A stretch of DNA of 64,000 bases, taken from assembly GCA_963693055.1 (NCBI GenBank), contig OY843751.1, forward strand, positions 2,016,001 through 2,080,000, written 5' to 3'. How positions within the stretch are numbered: position 1 is the first letter of the stretch; each line of letters begins with the position of its first letter. A program made the translations under genes and the position numbers. The notes under the pieces were generated by a model, which worked only from the letters and a program-made list of their open reading frames with translations, was not told the DNA's origin and did no database searches. This DNA is from a bacterium. GTDB taxonomy: Bacteria; Zhuqueibacterota; Zhuqueibacteria; Residuimicrobiales; Krinioviventaceae. Of the stretch, positions 1-9,606 are shown piece after piece.

Positions 1-98
1 CTGAATCTCCCTTTTTCTTCGGGTAAAGTTTTTTCAAAATGATTTTGAACATCTTTAAAAGTATTAAAAAACTGTGTACTTAATTTGATGATTCGCAT
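1..98 (-). CDS. Hypothetical protein, 5' portion (runs off window start)
   Basis: Minus-strand ATG at 98 preceded by AAAGGGTGG; frame open to position 1 (MRIIKLSTQFFNTFKDVQNHFEKTLPEEKGRF...). Confidence 0.5.
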   Translation of the reverse strand, partial: MRIIKLSTQFFNTFKDVQNHFEKTLPEEKGRF

Positions 99-277
99 AA
101 TCCACCCTTTATTTTTTTGTAATTGTCCCACATTGCAATATAAAAATTTATAATTAAATATCTATAAAAAAATCAAGATTTTCTCGCGTGTAAAAAATTG
201 TAGCTCCTGGAATGAGCACATAAACCCGTTTGTCTAATGGCCAGAGAGGGTAAGAAATGTGTTGAAAGGAGAGCACA

Positions 278-736
278 ATGAAAAAGATGTTTAAATTTAT
301 TATTCCGTTGACATTGATTGGCGCCGCGCTGGGATTCACCCTCATGAAACCTTTTTTATTGTTTGGAAATGTTTGTTTCTCTCAGCCGGGTGGTAGAACA
401 GGTGGTCCTGGTGGCCCAGGTAAGCCAACTGATGAACAGATTAAAGGACGAGTAAAAGAAATGGCAGAATCTGTTGACTTGTCAAATGAACAGGTTGAAA
501 AAATTGTTGTTATACAAAAAGAACATTTTGAATCCATGTATGAAATAATGCTAAATTCATCATGTGATCGTTCTAAAATGCGTGAAACAATGGACAAGAT
601 GTTTGAAGAAATGAATACGAAAATTAAAGCAGTAATGACAGACCAACAATATAAAAAATATCAGGAATATGAGAAAAGCCATCGTAGAGGTCCGGGAGGA
701 CCTGGTGGTGGAGGTGAGCCTCCATCACAAAGATGA
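278..736 (+). CDS. Secreted helical protein with Gly/Pro-rich termini (DUF4890/Spy-like)
   Basis: SD AAGGAG; signal peptide; 'L.LS.EQ..KI' and 'IKAVMTD.QYKKY' motifs. Confidence 0.6.
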   Translation: MKKMFKFIIPLTLIGAALGFTLMKPFLLFGNVCFSQPGGRTGGPGGPGKPTDEQIKGRVKEMAESVDLSNEQVEKIVVIQKEHFESMYEIMLNSSCDRSKMRETMDKMFEEMNTKIKAVMTDQQYKKYQEYEKSHRRGPGGPGGGGEPPSQR

Positions 737-747
737 TGCCCCACATA

Positions 748-807
748 GTGCTGATACCTCCTGCATCAGTGCAAACCGTGAGGTTGTGATGTCTCCCGGG
801 CTTTTTT
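748..807 (+). ncRNA. Hairpin with ACCUCCU loop plus terminator-like hairpin (copy 1, 3' of ORF 278-736)
   Basis: GTGCTGAT-ACCTCCTGC-ATCAGTGC, then CCGTGAG...CTCCCGG and a T-run. Confidence 0.45.
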
Positions 808-889
808 AAATGTTTACAAAAAATTATTTTGATTTTACATATTTTTGTTGTAATTTATATAGTATAATACTGCTTATTTATATTAAAAA

Positions 890-999
890 ATGGTATCGGT
901 TGGCGAATGTGGACGCTATTAAGACTGGACCATATAAAAAAACGCTAATACCTCCTTCATTAGCGTTAACCGGGAGTTTCTTTTCTCCCGGTTTTTTTT
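890..999 (+). ncRNA. Putative three-hairpin small RNA with ACCUCCU loop and intrinsic terminator (copy 2)
   Basis: Stem 890-933; perfect 9-bp stem AACGCTAAT-ACCTCCTTC-ATTAGCGTT at 941-967; terminator AACCGGGAG/CTCCCGGTT plus T-run at 968-999; -10-like TATAGT/TATAAT at 858-868. Confidence 0.5.
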
Positions 1000-1072
1000 G
1001 TCTTCCTCTAAACTTACTTTATGAATAATAAAAATGTTTATATTGTTAAATATATATATAATAAAAGGGGGT

Positions 1073-3001
1073 ATGATGAAATCCAGTCTTGTAGTATTTT
1101 TATTATTTTCAATTACATTTTCACTTTATGCACAAAAAGATTATCAATTTACCGGCGGGGTATTGTCTGAAAATCAAGCTTCGTACAATATAATATTCTA
1201 CGATCTATCTCTTGAAATAATGCCTGATTCACAATTTATATGTGGTTCAAATAAAATACATCTTTTTATAGAATCACCCATTGATGAAATACAACTAAAT
1301 TTAGATTCTTATCTAACTGTTGATTCTGTATCAATTGAATATGACCTTGAAAAGTCAATCCTTGATTATTGGCACATTGTTTCATCGTTATTTGTTTATT
1401 TGCCAAAAACATTTAATACCGGTGAATCACTCGTTATTAAAGTGTTTTATCATGGAAATCCCAGAATCGCACAAAATCCGCCATGGATTGGGGGATTTTC
1501 ATGGGAACAAACCCATTCAGGTGATCCTTGGGTTGGAGTAACATGCCAGAATGAAGGAGCCGATGTATGGTGGCCATGTAAAGATCACCCATCTGATGAA
1601 CCGGATTCTATGGCAATAAACTTGACTTTTTCCGGAGATTTGGAATGTATTAGTAATGGTATTTTATTGAATCAAACCTTGAATCCAAATGGGACCAAAA
1701 CCAATCATTGGTTTGTTCCTTCACCTATAAATAATTATGTTGTTTCTTTTTATCTCGCTCCTTATTTAAATTTAAATACAGATTATACTAGTGTTAATGG
1801 GGCAACCATTCCATTAACACTGTGGTATCTTGAACAGGAAAGTCAAAATGCCGAAAAACTTTTTCCATATTTATTAGAGCATGTCCAATTTCTTGAGAAT
1901 TTATTGGGTCCGTATCCTTTCTATGATCAAAAGTTGAGTGTTGTTCAATCCAGCTACCTGGGTATGGAGCATCAGACAGTTATTGCTTATGGTGATTTTG
2001 ATGAAACTGATGACCATATAATCCAGTTGCATGAATTGTCTCACGAGTGGTGGGGAAATCTGGTTACCGTATCAGACTGGAAAGATATCTGGTTACATGA
2101 AGGATTTGCAACTTATATGGAATGGTTATATTTGGAGGAAAAATATGGATTGAATAGAGTTAGGCAGGTAATTAATGATTATTCAAGATTTTATGATAAT
2201 GTAGAGCCTATTGTCTTTCAAGAACCCAAATCGTTAACTGTTTTAAATTTATTTGATACATATAAAAAAGGTGCAAATGTTTTACATACATTACGGTATC
2301 TATTGGGAAAGGAAGAACTGCTTTCCATATGTAAAACATTTCTCTATCCTGATTCTGTCATTCACAATGATCATATTGAATGCCGGTTGGTAACTGTTGA
2401 GGAATTTACTGATCTTGTTGAAAAAAGTGTTAACAGGGATCTGGATTGGTTTTTCAATGCATATCTATACAAGGCTGAATTGCCTGTCCTTTATGTGAAT
2501 TATTTTGATTATAACCTGGAATTGTATTGGAATTCAAAAGAACAGCCTAATTTTTTTATGCCTGTAGATATTGTTTTAAATAGAATAGATACTGTTACAG
2601 TAGATTTGTCTTCGGGGTATGCTTTGATTGATATTATGCCATCTGATTTAATATCAATTGATCCATACAAGTGGGTTTTAAAAAATGTAGTTAAAGGTGA
2701 CTATAGAACGGATATTCAATCACAATCCAATGAAATTAATAGTTTTGTATTAAATCAAAATTATCCAAATCCATTCAATCCAAATACCAACATCTCATTT
2801 TCATTACCCAGAAGAACACAAGTTCGTCTCGAGATTTCTAATATAGTGGGGCAATGTATTGCAGTTTTAACAGACCAATACTATGATGCTGGTCATTATT
2901 CTATTCCATGGAATGGTATGTCGTTCCCCAGTGGGATTTATTTTTATACTATTACAACTGACACCCACAAGGTTACACGTAAAATGGTACTGATTGAATA
3001 G
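1073..3001 (+). CDS. M1 family Zn-aminopeptidase with C-terminal FlgD-Ig/T9SS-type sorting domain
   Basis: GMEHQ, HELSHEWWGN...WLHEGFATY; C-terminal NQNYPNPFNP...KMVLIE. Confidence 0.9.
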   Translation: MMKSSLVVFLLFSITFSLYAQKDYQFTGGVLSENQASYNIIFYDLSLEIMPDSQFICGSNKIHLFIESPIDEIQLNLDSYLTVDSVSIEYDLEKSILDYWHIVSSLFVYLPKTFNTGESLVIKVFYHGNPRIAQNPPWIGGFSWEQTHSGDPWVGVTCQNEGADVWWPCKDHPSDEPDSMAINLTFSGDLECISNGILLNQTLNPNGTKTNHWFVPSPINNYVVSFYLAPYLNLNTDYTSVNGATIPLTLWYLEQESQNAEKLFPYLLEHVQFLENLLGPYPFYDQKLSVVQSSYLGMEHQTVIAYGDFDETDDHIIQLHELSHEWWGNLVTVSDWKDIWLHEGFATYMEWLYLEEKYGLNRVRQVINDYSRFYDNVEPIVFQEPKSLTVLNLFDTYKKGANVLHTLRYLLGKEELLSICKTFLYPDSVIHNDHIECRLVTVEEFTDLVEKSVNRDLDWFFNAYLYKAELPVLYVNYFDYNLELYWNSKEQPNFFMPVDIVLNRIDTVTVDLSSGYALIDIMPSDLISIDPYKWVLKNVVKGDYRTDIQSQSNEINSFVLNQNYPNPFNPNTNISFSLPRRTQVRLEISNIVGQCIAVLTDQYYDAGHYSIPWNGMSFPSGIYFYTITTDTHKVTRKMVLIE

Positions 3002-3088
3002 CAGTTGAATTGCATTTAACCATCCGATTTTTGAAATATTTGGTTCATATTTTCAATTATATATACATGTATGTATTTAGGAGGAAAT

Positions 3089-4150
3089 ATGGCTAATCAA
3101 AATATTGATCGTCGAACTTTTATTGGTGCAAGCATTGCTTCTACAGCGGGAATTGCAATGAATACTGCGATTGCTGCCCAAGATAAAAAAGTAAAACCCG
3201 GACAAAAACGTGTAACTGAACATCCTTATAATCCCAGAACACACAAGGCAATGCCAACTCGTAATTTAGGAAAAACCGGATATCAAGTAGGTATTTATAG
3301 CCTTGGTGGACAGGCAACTTTGGAAAAACCGGGAACAGAGCATGAATCCGAGCAGATTGTAAACCGAGCTATAGATTTGGGTATTAACTATATAGATACA
3401 GCAGCCGCTTATGGAAAGGGTATTAGCGAAACGAATATAGGTCGTGTTTTAAAGTACAGGCGGGATGAAGTATTTCTTGCTTCTAAAACTCATGACCGAA
3501 GTTACGATGGTTCTATGAAATTATTGGAAAAGAGTTTAAAGTAGCTCCAGACAGATCATCTCGATGTTTGGCAGTTACATAATGTAAAACGACAAGATGA
3601 ACTGGACCAGATATTTGCCAAAGATGGTGCAATTAAGGCCCTTGAAAAAGCAATTGATGAAGGAATGGTTCGTTTTCCCGGTATAACCGGACATTATGAA
3701 CCGCTTGTATTAGGAAGGGCGTTAGAGTCTTATGATTTTGCAACCATACTCATGGCAATTAATGCTGCGGATGTACATTATCTCAGTTTCAAGAATTATT
3801 TACTTCCCCTTGCACAGGAAAAGGGAATAGGTATTATTGGGATGAAATTGGCTACACGAGGCAGACTGTTATCAACCTGGACACCTCCACCGCTTGAAGA
3901 ACAGCCCGAGCGCATGCGTACGTCCAAACCCGGTGCTGTAACAATGAAAGAATCCCTTTATTACAATTTTTCACTACCACTCAGTACTAATATTGTTGGT
4001 GTGGATAATGTAAAACAATTGGAAGAAAATGTGAAATGGGCATCTGAATTTTCTCCTTTAAATGAAAAACAGCTGGCTGAATTAGAGGTAAAAACATTAC
4101 CGGTTGTAAGACAGGGGCTATATTTTAGACGTTGGGATATAGGAGCATGA
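3089..4150 (+). pseudogene. Tat-exported aldo/keto reductase interrupted by in-frame TAG at 3542-3544 (nonsense allele or read-through)
   Basis: RRTFIG Tat motif; GINYIDTAAAYG; reading continues in frame as ...EKSLK*LQTDHLDVWQLHN...EGMVRFPGITGH into ORF 3665-4150. Confidence 0.85.
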
Positions 4151-4161
4151 CTTTTTTATGG

Positions 4162-4190
4162 GCCCGGTGTTAAATTACCGGGCTTTTTTT
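4162..4190 (+). terminator. Intrinsic terminator
   Basis: GCCCGGT...ACCGGGC followed by T7. Confidence 0.75.
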
Positions 4191-4881
4191 AATACTCTAT
4201 AGGTTGAGGATCATATTCATATTTTTCTCTCCATCTCATTGGTACATCCGCACGGTTATCATAAAATCCACTTTCCCAGTATCCTTTGACGGATTCGCTG
4301 GTTAATTCCAGTTGATTTACCCATTTTGCCCATTTGTATCCGATCTTGCCAAAGTTAATTAATCTTAATGGATATTCATCATTGGGTGCTAACGGATTAC
4401 CGTTAACTTTGAACGCTAACATTGCATTGTATTTTAAAAGATAAGCAAGCGGCAACGATGTTGTATAATCATCAACACAATGGAAAAGTACATGTGCCGC
4501 ATCTTGTTTGATTCCTGCCATATCTAATAAGGATTTGATAGATACCCCTTCCCATTGTCCCCAAACTTCCCAACCTTCCACGCAATACATGATTATAGTA
4601 TCTGATTTAACAGATTTCATATTCTGTATCTGCTGCCAATTTAATGAAATTGTTGAATCAACAAGTCCTGTAATGGTGAGGGTAAATGTGTTCATGTCTA
4701 TTACCGGTACGCCAAAAACACTGCGTTCAGGACCGTTTTCTGCTTTTACTATATATTCTTTAAAAGGATTTTTATTTCCAGTACCTTCAGGAGCGGTTGT
4801 ATTGTTGTCAGATAATGGCTTTTCATCCTCACAGTATATGAGAAAGACAATAAATAAAAGAAATATATGTTTAATTTGCAT
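4189..4881 (-). CDS. Molybdopterin-dependent oxidoreductase (sulfite oxidase/MsrP-YuiH family), probable lipoprotein
   Basis: CVEGW, YTTSLPL, YPLRLI..GKIGYKWAKWV, GYWE motifs. Confidence 0.85.
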   Translation of the reverse strand: MQIKHIFLLFIVFLIYCEDEKPLSDNNTTAPEGTGNKNPFKEYIVKAENGPERSVFGVPVIDMNTFTLTITGLVDSTISLNWQQIQNMKSVKSDTIIMYCVEGWEVWGQWEGVSIKSLLDMAGIKQDAAHVLFHCVDDYTTSLPLAYLLKYNAMLAFKVNGNPLAPNDEYPLRLINFGKIGYKWAKWVNQLELTSESVKGYWESGFYDNRADVPMRWREKYEYDPQPIEY

Positions 4882-5028
4882 TTTTCTTACTCCATCGAAC
4901 AAAGCTTATATAACAATTCAACAGTGCTTTTTAGTCCTGTATTGAACTTTTGCTTGTTTAAAACAAAAAATCCCCTATATTGAATTTATTGCGTAATGTT
5001 ACAGTTAACAGGAGAAAAGGGAGGAGTA

Positions 5029-6396
5029 ATGAACAAGGGTTTTAAGATATCTGTATTGGTTATAATTATTATCATGTTTTTGTCGATTTTGGGTTGTCAA
5101 AAAGCACAACCGCCTAAAGATTATCTCCAGGAAAGCAAAGCGGATTTTGATGCACGTATGCAGTGGTGGAAAGAAGCCCGTTTTGGTATGTTCATCCATT
5201 GGGGCTTGTATGCAATTCCTGCCGGTACATACAATGGCGAACAAATTGGTGGCCTTGGTGAGTGGATCCAGAATAGTGCAAGTATCCCTGCACAAGAGTA
5301 TGAAAAATATGCCCCCCAGTTTAATCCCATCAAATATGATGCGAATGAATGGGTCCGTATGGCCAAAGAAGCTGGCATGAAATACATTGTTATAACATCT
5401 AAGCATCATGATGGATTTTGTTTATGGGATTCTAAATTGACAGAATGGGACGTAATGGATGCAACTCCCTTTAAACGGGATATATTAAAAGAATTGAAAC
5501 AGGCATGTGATGCCCAGGATATCAAATTATGTTTTTATCATTCCATCATGGATTGGCACCATCCTGATGCACAGGCACCCTTTTATCCGGAATTCAATAA
5601 TACCAAAAAGACCAATCCCAATTTCCCCAAATATGTTGAAAATTACATGAAACCTCAATTAAAAGAGTTGGTAGATAATTACGGAAAACTGGGAATTATG
5701 TGGTTTGATGGTGAGTGGATTGGTGATTATACCTCTCCAATGGGTAAAGATGTTTATAATTATGTTAGAAATTTACAGCCAGATATTATTGTGAATAACC
5801 GTGTTGACAAAGGCCGTCAGGGTATGAAAGGTCAAAATAAAGAAGGTGATTTTGCAGGTGATTATGGTACACCGGAGCAAGAAATTCCGGACACCGGTTT
5901 GCCAGGTGTAGAATGGGAAAGCTGTATGACCATGAATGATACCTGGGGATTTAAATCTTTTGACCATAATTGGAAATCAACTGAAATTTTGGTCAGAAAT
6001 TTAATTGATATAGCTTCCAAAGGTGGAAATTATTTGTTAAACATTGGTCCCAAAGCCGATGGTACTTTTCCTGAAGCTAGTATTCAAAGACTTGCAGAAA
6101 TTGGTGAGTGGATGAATGTATATGGAGAATCCATTTATGGCACCATGGCGAGTCCTGTAGAAAAACCTGAATGGGGCAGATATACCCAAAAGGAAGGTAA
6201 ACTGTACGCACATGTTTTTGAATGGCCTAAATCAAGGAAACTGGTTGTTCCTGTAAAAAGTAATGTTTCCAAAGTATATGAACTCTCTACTCCTGAAACT
6301 GCATTGAATTTCAAAGTTTCAGGTGACGAGTGTGTAATTAATTTACCCCGTAAAGCGTTTAATAAAATAGCATCAGTAATTGTAGTTGAATATTAA
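5029..6396 (+). CDS. Alpha-L-fucosidase (GH29), lipoprotein
   Basis: WWKEARFGMFIHWG, KHHDGF, WFDGEW, NNRV, ESCMTMNDTWGF; lipobox LGC. Confidence 0.93.
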   Translation: MNKGFKISVLVIIIIMFLSILGCQKAQPPKDYLQESKADFDARMQWWKEARFGMFIHWGLYAIPAGTYNGEQIGGLGEWIQNSASIPAQEYEKYAPQFNPIKYDANEWVRMAKEAGMKYIVITSKHHDGFCLWDSKLTEWDVMDATPFKRDILKELKQACDAQDIKLCFYHSIMDWHHPDAQAPFYPEFNNTKKTNPNFPKYVENYMKPQLKELVDNYGKLGIMWFDGEWIGDYTSPMGKDVYNYVRNLQPDIIVNNRVDKGRQGMKGQNKEGDFAGDYGTPEQEIPDTGLPGVEWESCMTMNDTWGFKSFDHNWKSTEILVRNLIDIASKGGNYLLNIGPKADGTFPEASIQRLAEIGEWMNVYGESIYGTMASPVEKPEWGRYTQKEGKLYAHVFEWPKSRKLVVPVKSNVSKVYELSTPETALNFKVSGDECVINLPRKAFNKIASVIVVEY

Positions 6397-6402
6397 TTTA
6401 TG

Positions 6403-6425
6403 ATGCGGTATTCTTGCCGCATTTT
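6403..6425 (+). terminator. Hairpin/weak terminator between fucosidase and cupin
   Basis: ATGCGGTA-TTCT-TGCCGCAT followed by TTT. Confidence 0.5.
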
Positions 6426-6493
6426 AATTTTTGAGAAGTCTTATGAGAAAAGTTTACTTTTTAATAGTTATTGCATTTATTGAAGGTGTTGTT

Positions 6494-6886
6494 ATGAGTA
6501 ATAGTATAAAGCCCAAGGCAGCTGTTGCAAAATATAAATCCGTATTACCTGAATATACAATTGAAAATTGTGTTTCACAATTTACCCGAGATAAAGCCGT
6601 TACCACAGATAAAGGATTTTATTACTGGTTTGTTGAAAAAAAGTTTACTAGTAATCTGAATGTAAAAATGTCAGAGGTGGGTGGCAATTCAGCTAATCAT
6701 CCCCCTCATGTGCATAATGAAGCCGAAGTGTTTTATATTCTTGAAGGTACAGCAAAATTCTATTTGAATGGTGAGTCAACAACTGCTGGTCCAAACAGTA
6801 CTTTTTATTGTCCACCAGATATACCACATGGAATAAGCAATGCAGGTGACGGACCCTTGAGATATTTGGTTATAAAAAATAACTGA
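6494..6886 (+). CDS. Cupin domain protein
   Basis: HPPHVHNEAEVFYILEG...PPDIPHGISN. Confidence 0.85.
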   Translation: MSNSIKPKAAVAKYKSVLPEYTIENCVSQFTRDKAVTTDKGFYYWFVEKKFTSNLNVKMSEVGGNSANHPPHVHNEAEVFYILEGTAKFYLNGESTTAGPNSTFYCPPDIPHGISNAGDGPLRYLVIKNN

Positions 6887-6897
6887 TCAAGAGGGAA

Positions 6898-7899
6898 TTG
6901 TTGAACGCATTTGAAAGGTTTCATAACCGCATTCAAGGACTGGCTGTAGATCGTGTGCCTAATTTTAATATAATGATGGCGTTTGCTGCTCATTATATCA
7001 ACAAAAACTTGTCCAGCTATTATCTTGATTATCGGGTGCTTTGTGAAGCAAATTTAGCTGTTGCTAAGGACTTTGGTATTGATATCTTGCAGGCTATATC
7101 AGATCCCTATCGGGAAGCCCATGATCTGGGGGCAAAGATAGAATTCCCGGAGGATGGTCTGCCTGTTTCGCGCGTGCCGTTGCTTTTAGAAAAATCTGAT
7201 TTGAAAAAGTTGAAAATTGTCAGGCCTGAAGACGGTAAACGTATGCATGATCGTTTGCTGGCAATTCGCAAGTTTCGTGAAAAAGCTGGAGGAGAAATTC
7301 CAATATTGGGATGGGTTGAAGGAGCACTCGCTGAGGCTGCGGACTTGAGGGGTGTAAACCAGCTTATGATAGATTTGTATGAAGATCCTGCATGGGTATT
7401 AGAACTGCTAGGATTTTGTGTAGAACAGGCCAAAGTTTTTGCCAAGGCACAGGTTGAGGCAGGTGCAGATATTGTTGGCTTGGGTGATGCAGTTGCATCA
7501 CAAATTTCACCGGATATGTATTGTCAGTTTGCACTGCCATATGAGCAACAGATATTTGCTACAATAAAAAATTATGGAGCAATACCTAGATTACATATCT
7601 GCGGAAATACCACGCAAATTTTAACCGCCATGAAAGATAGTGGAGCAGATATTATTGATTTAGACTGGATGGTTAGTTTAAAAGACGCGATAAATATTTA
7701 TGGTAAGCATCCTATAGTTTGTGGTAATATTGATCCGGTAGCCGTATTGTTAAATGGATCTGTCGATCTGGTCAAAAAGAAAACGAGAAATAGTTTGCAA
7801 ATGGGTGGAGATTTTTGTATACACATGGCAGGTTGTGAAATACCAGATCATACTCCTGTTAAAAATTTATATGCTCAGGCAGAAATGTTAAGAGTTTAA
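6898..7899 (+). CDS. URO-D fold, MtaA/CmuA-like corrinoid methyltransferase
   Basis: DRVP; GWVEGALAEAADLRG; Zn motif LHICGN...AGCEIP; GNIDPV. Confidence 0.85.
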   Translation: MLNAFERFHNRIQGLAVDRVPNFNIMMAFAAHYINKNLSSYYLDYRVLCEANLAVAKDFGIDILQAISDPYREAHDLGAKIEFPEDGLPVSRVPLLLEKSDLKKLKIVRPEDGKRMHDRLLAIRKFREKAGGEIPILGWVEGALAEAADLRGVNQLMIDLYEDPAWVLELLGFCVEQAKVFAKAQVEAGADIVGLGDAVASQISPDMYCQFALPYEQQIFATIKNYGAIPRLHICGNTTQILTAMKDSGADIIDLDWMVSLKDAINIYGKHPIVCGNIDPVAVLLNGSVDLVKKKTRNSLQMGGDFCIHMAGCEIPDHTPVKNLYAQAEMLRV

Positions 7900-7930
7900 T
7901 GGAAAATGATAATTAAAATTGGAATCGTTT

Positions 7931-8821
7931 ATGAGTGCAATTAAAGATTTATTACAAAAAAAGAAAATTCTTGTTTCTGATGGTGCCTGGGGCACCTTTT
8001 TGATAGCAAAAGGCCTTAAACCAGGAGAATGCCCCGAAGTCTGGAACCTTGAGCGTCCTGACGATGTGCAGACAATTCCTGCTGCTTATTTTGATGCGGG
8101 TGCTGACATGGTATTAACCAACAGTTTTGGTGCCAGTCCCTTCAAGCTTGATCATTTTGGTTTAGCAGACAAAACATTCGAAATTAATAAAGCTGCTGCC
8201 GAGATATCCAAACGAGCGGCGGGTACAGGTCAATTGGTTTTAGGTTCCGTAGGCCCTACCGGTGTGATTTTGATGATGGGACAGGTTAGTCCGGATGAAC
8301 TCTATGATGGTTTTGCAAAACAGGTTACCGGTCTTGCCGCAGGCGGTGTGGATGCGATCTGTATTGAAACCATGTCCGCACTGGATGAAGCAGAGCAAGC
8401 ATTAAAAGCAGTTAGAGAAAACACCGATCTTGAAGTTGTTACTACCTTTACTTTTGAAGAGACGGTTGATGGTGATTTTAGGACGATGATGGGTGTTTCA
8501 CCGGAAGATATGATTAATGCTTTATCTGCTTATAATATTGATGTAATTGGTACAAATTGCGGAAATGGTATGAAGCAGATGTTGGGTATAGTTGAACGAA
8601 TTAAAAAAGCTGCACCTGATACTCCAATACTTGTTCATGCAAATGCCGGCAAACCCGTAATTGACGATGCAGGTAAAACGGTTTTTCCTGAATCTCCTCA
8701 GGAGATGGCTGAACTGGTTACACCCATATTAAAAGCTGGTGCATCGATTGTAGGTGGATGCTGTGGTACTACTCCCGAGCATATTAATCAAATACGTAAA
8801 GTTGTGGAACAATATAAATGA
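7931..8821 (+). CDS. Homocysteine S-methyltransferase domain protein (stand-alone MetH N-terminal domain)
   Basis: DGAWGT, TNSFG, ETMS, GTNCG, ANAGKP, GGCCGTTPEHI. Confidence 0.9.
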   Translation: MSAIKDLLQKKKILVSDGAWGTFLIAKGLKPGECPEVWNLERPDDVQTIPAAYFDAGADMVLTNSFGASPFKLDHFGLADKTFEINKAAAEISKRAAGTGQLVLGSVGPTGVILMMGQVSPDELYDGFAKQVTGLAAGGVDAICIETMSALDEAEQALKAVRENTDLEVVTTFTFEETVDGDFRTMMGVSPEDMINALSAYNIDVIGTNCGNGMKQMLGIVERIKKAAPDTPILVHANAGKPVIDDAGKTVFPESPQEMAELVTPILKAGASIVGGCCGTTPEHINQIRKVVEQYK

Positions 8822-9525
8822 CCGATTCTATTTTTAATAATGATATTTTGTCAGTATCCATTTCAACTGACGAGATCAAAGTTGATCCTGAAAAAATTGA
8901 AACCTTTTTGGGGTATCCCAAAGACCAGGCACCTGATTTTATCAAGGAAAGCATTACAGATATCATTAAATCATCTCGCGAGTATATTCAAATAACAGCA
9001 GGGTATACAATTCGTCCGGTTGTGAGGGGAGAAGACAAGTCCTTTCTCACAATTGGAAACAAAGCGTTTAATACAGGTAAAATTATTTCAGCTCAAATGA
9101 ACAGAGCAGAGTATGCTGCATTTTTTTTGTGTACCATAGGGCCTGATCTCGAAAACTGGGTGAAAAAACTCAGTGAAGAAGGAGAAATTATGTCCAGCTT
9201 TATAGCTGATCATGTTGCTTCCGAATCTGTAGAAAAGGTTGTTGATGTTTTGAATGATAAATTGAAAATTGATTTGGAATCAAAAGGATATGGCGCAACC
9301 TATCCCTTTAGTCCAGGGTATTGTGGATGGCATGTTTCTGAACAACCCATGTTGTTTTCATTTTTCCCGGAAAATCCATTTGGTATCAAATTGAGTGATT
9401 CACATTTAATGATCCCTATGAAATCCGTTAGTGGTATTATTGGCATTGGGCGTGAAGCCAAACAACGTGTTTATCCTTGCAAAATTTGTACATTCAAAGA
9501 GTGTTATAAAAACCAACAAAAGTGA
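8818..9525 (+). CDS. B12-dependent methionine synthase reactivation domain protein
   Basis: FLCTIG, FSPGYCGW, MIPMKSVSGIIGIG, C-terminal CxxCxxxxC. Confidence 0.85.
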   Translation: MTDSIFNNDILSVSISTDEIKVDPEKIETFLGYPKDQAPDFIKESITDIIKSSREYIQITAGYTIRPVVRGEDKSFLTIGNKAFNTGKIISAQMNRAEYAAFFLCTIGPDLENWVKKLSEEGEIMSSFIADHVASESVEKVVDVLNDKLKIDLESKGYGATYPFSPGYCGWHVSEQPMLFSFFPENPFGIKLSDSHLMIPMKSVSGIIGIGREAKQRVYPCKICTFKECYKNQQK

Positions 9526-9541
9526 TAAAATATTTTTTTAC

Positions 9542-9589
9542 TTGCAATTCATTATTTTTTTTCTTTAATTAAATCGAACGTTCGTTCGA
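9542..9589 (+). promoter_or_regulatory. sigma70-like promoter with palindromic TetR operator
   Basis: TTGCAA (9542) and TTTAAT (9564); palindrome TCGAACG-TT-CGTTCGA at 9574-9589 just upstream of tetR. Confidence 0.65.
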
Positions 9590-9606
9590 AATAATTCAGG
9601 GCTTTC

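Noticed and set aside
385-720. GGPGGPG repeats in ORF 278-736 as collagen-like or tandem DNA repeats
   Set aside because: Short low-complexity tails typical of this helical protein family, with no sustained periodicity.
810-1028. 72-aa ORF
   Set aside because: No RBS, low-complexity product, and it runs through a promoter-like region and a strong terminator.
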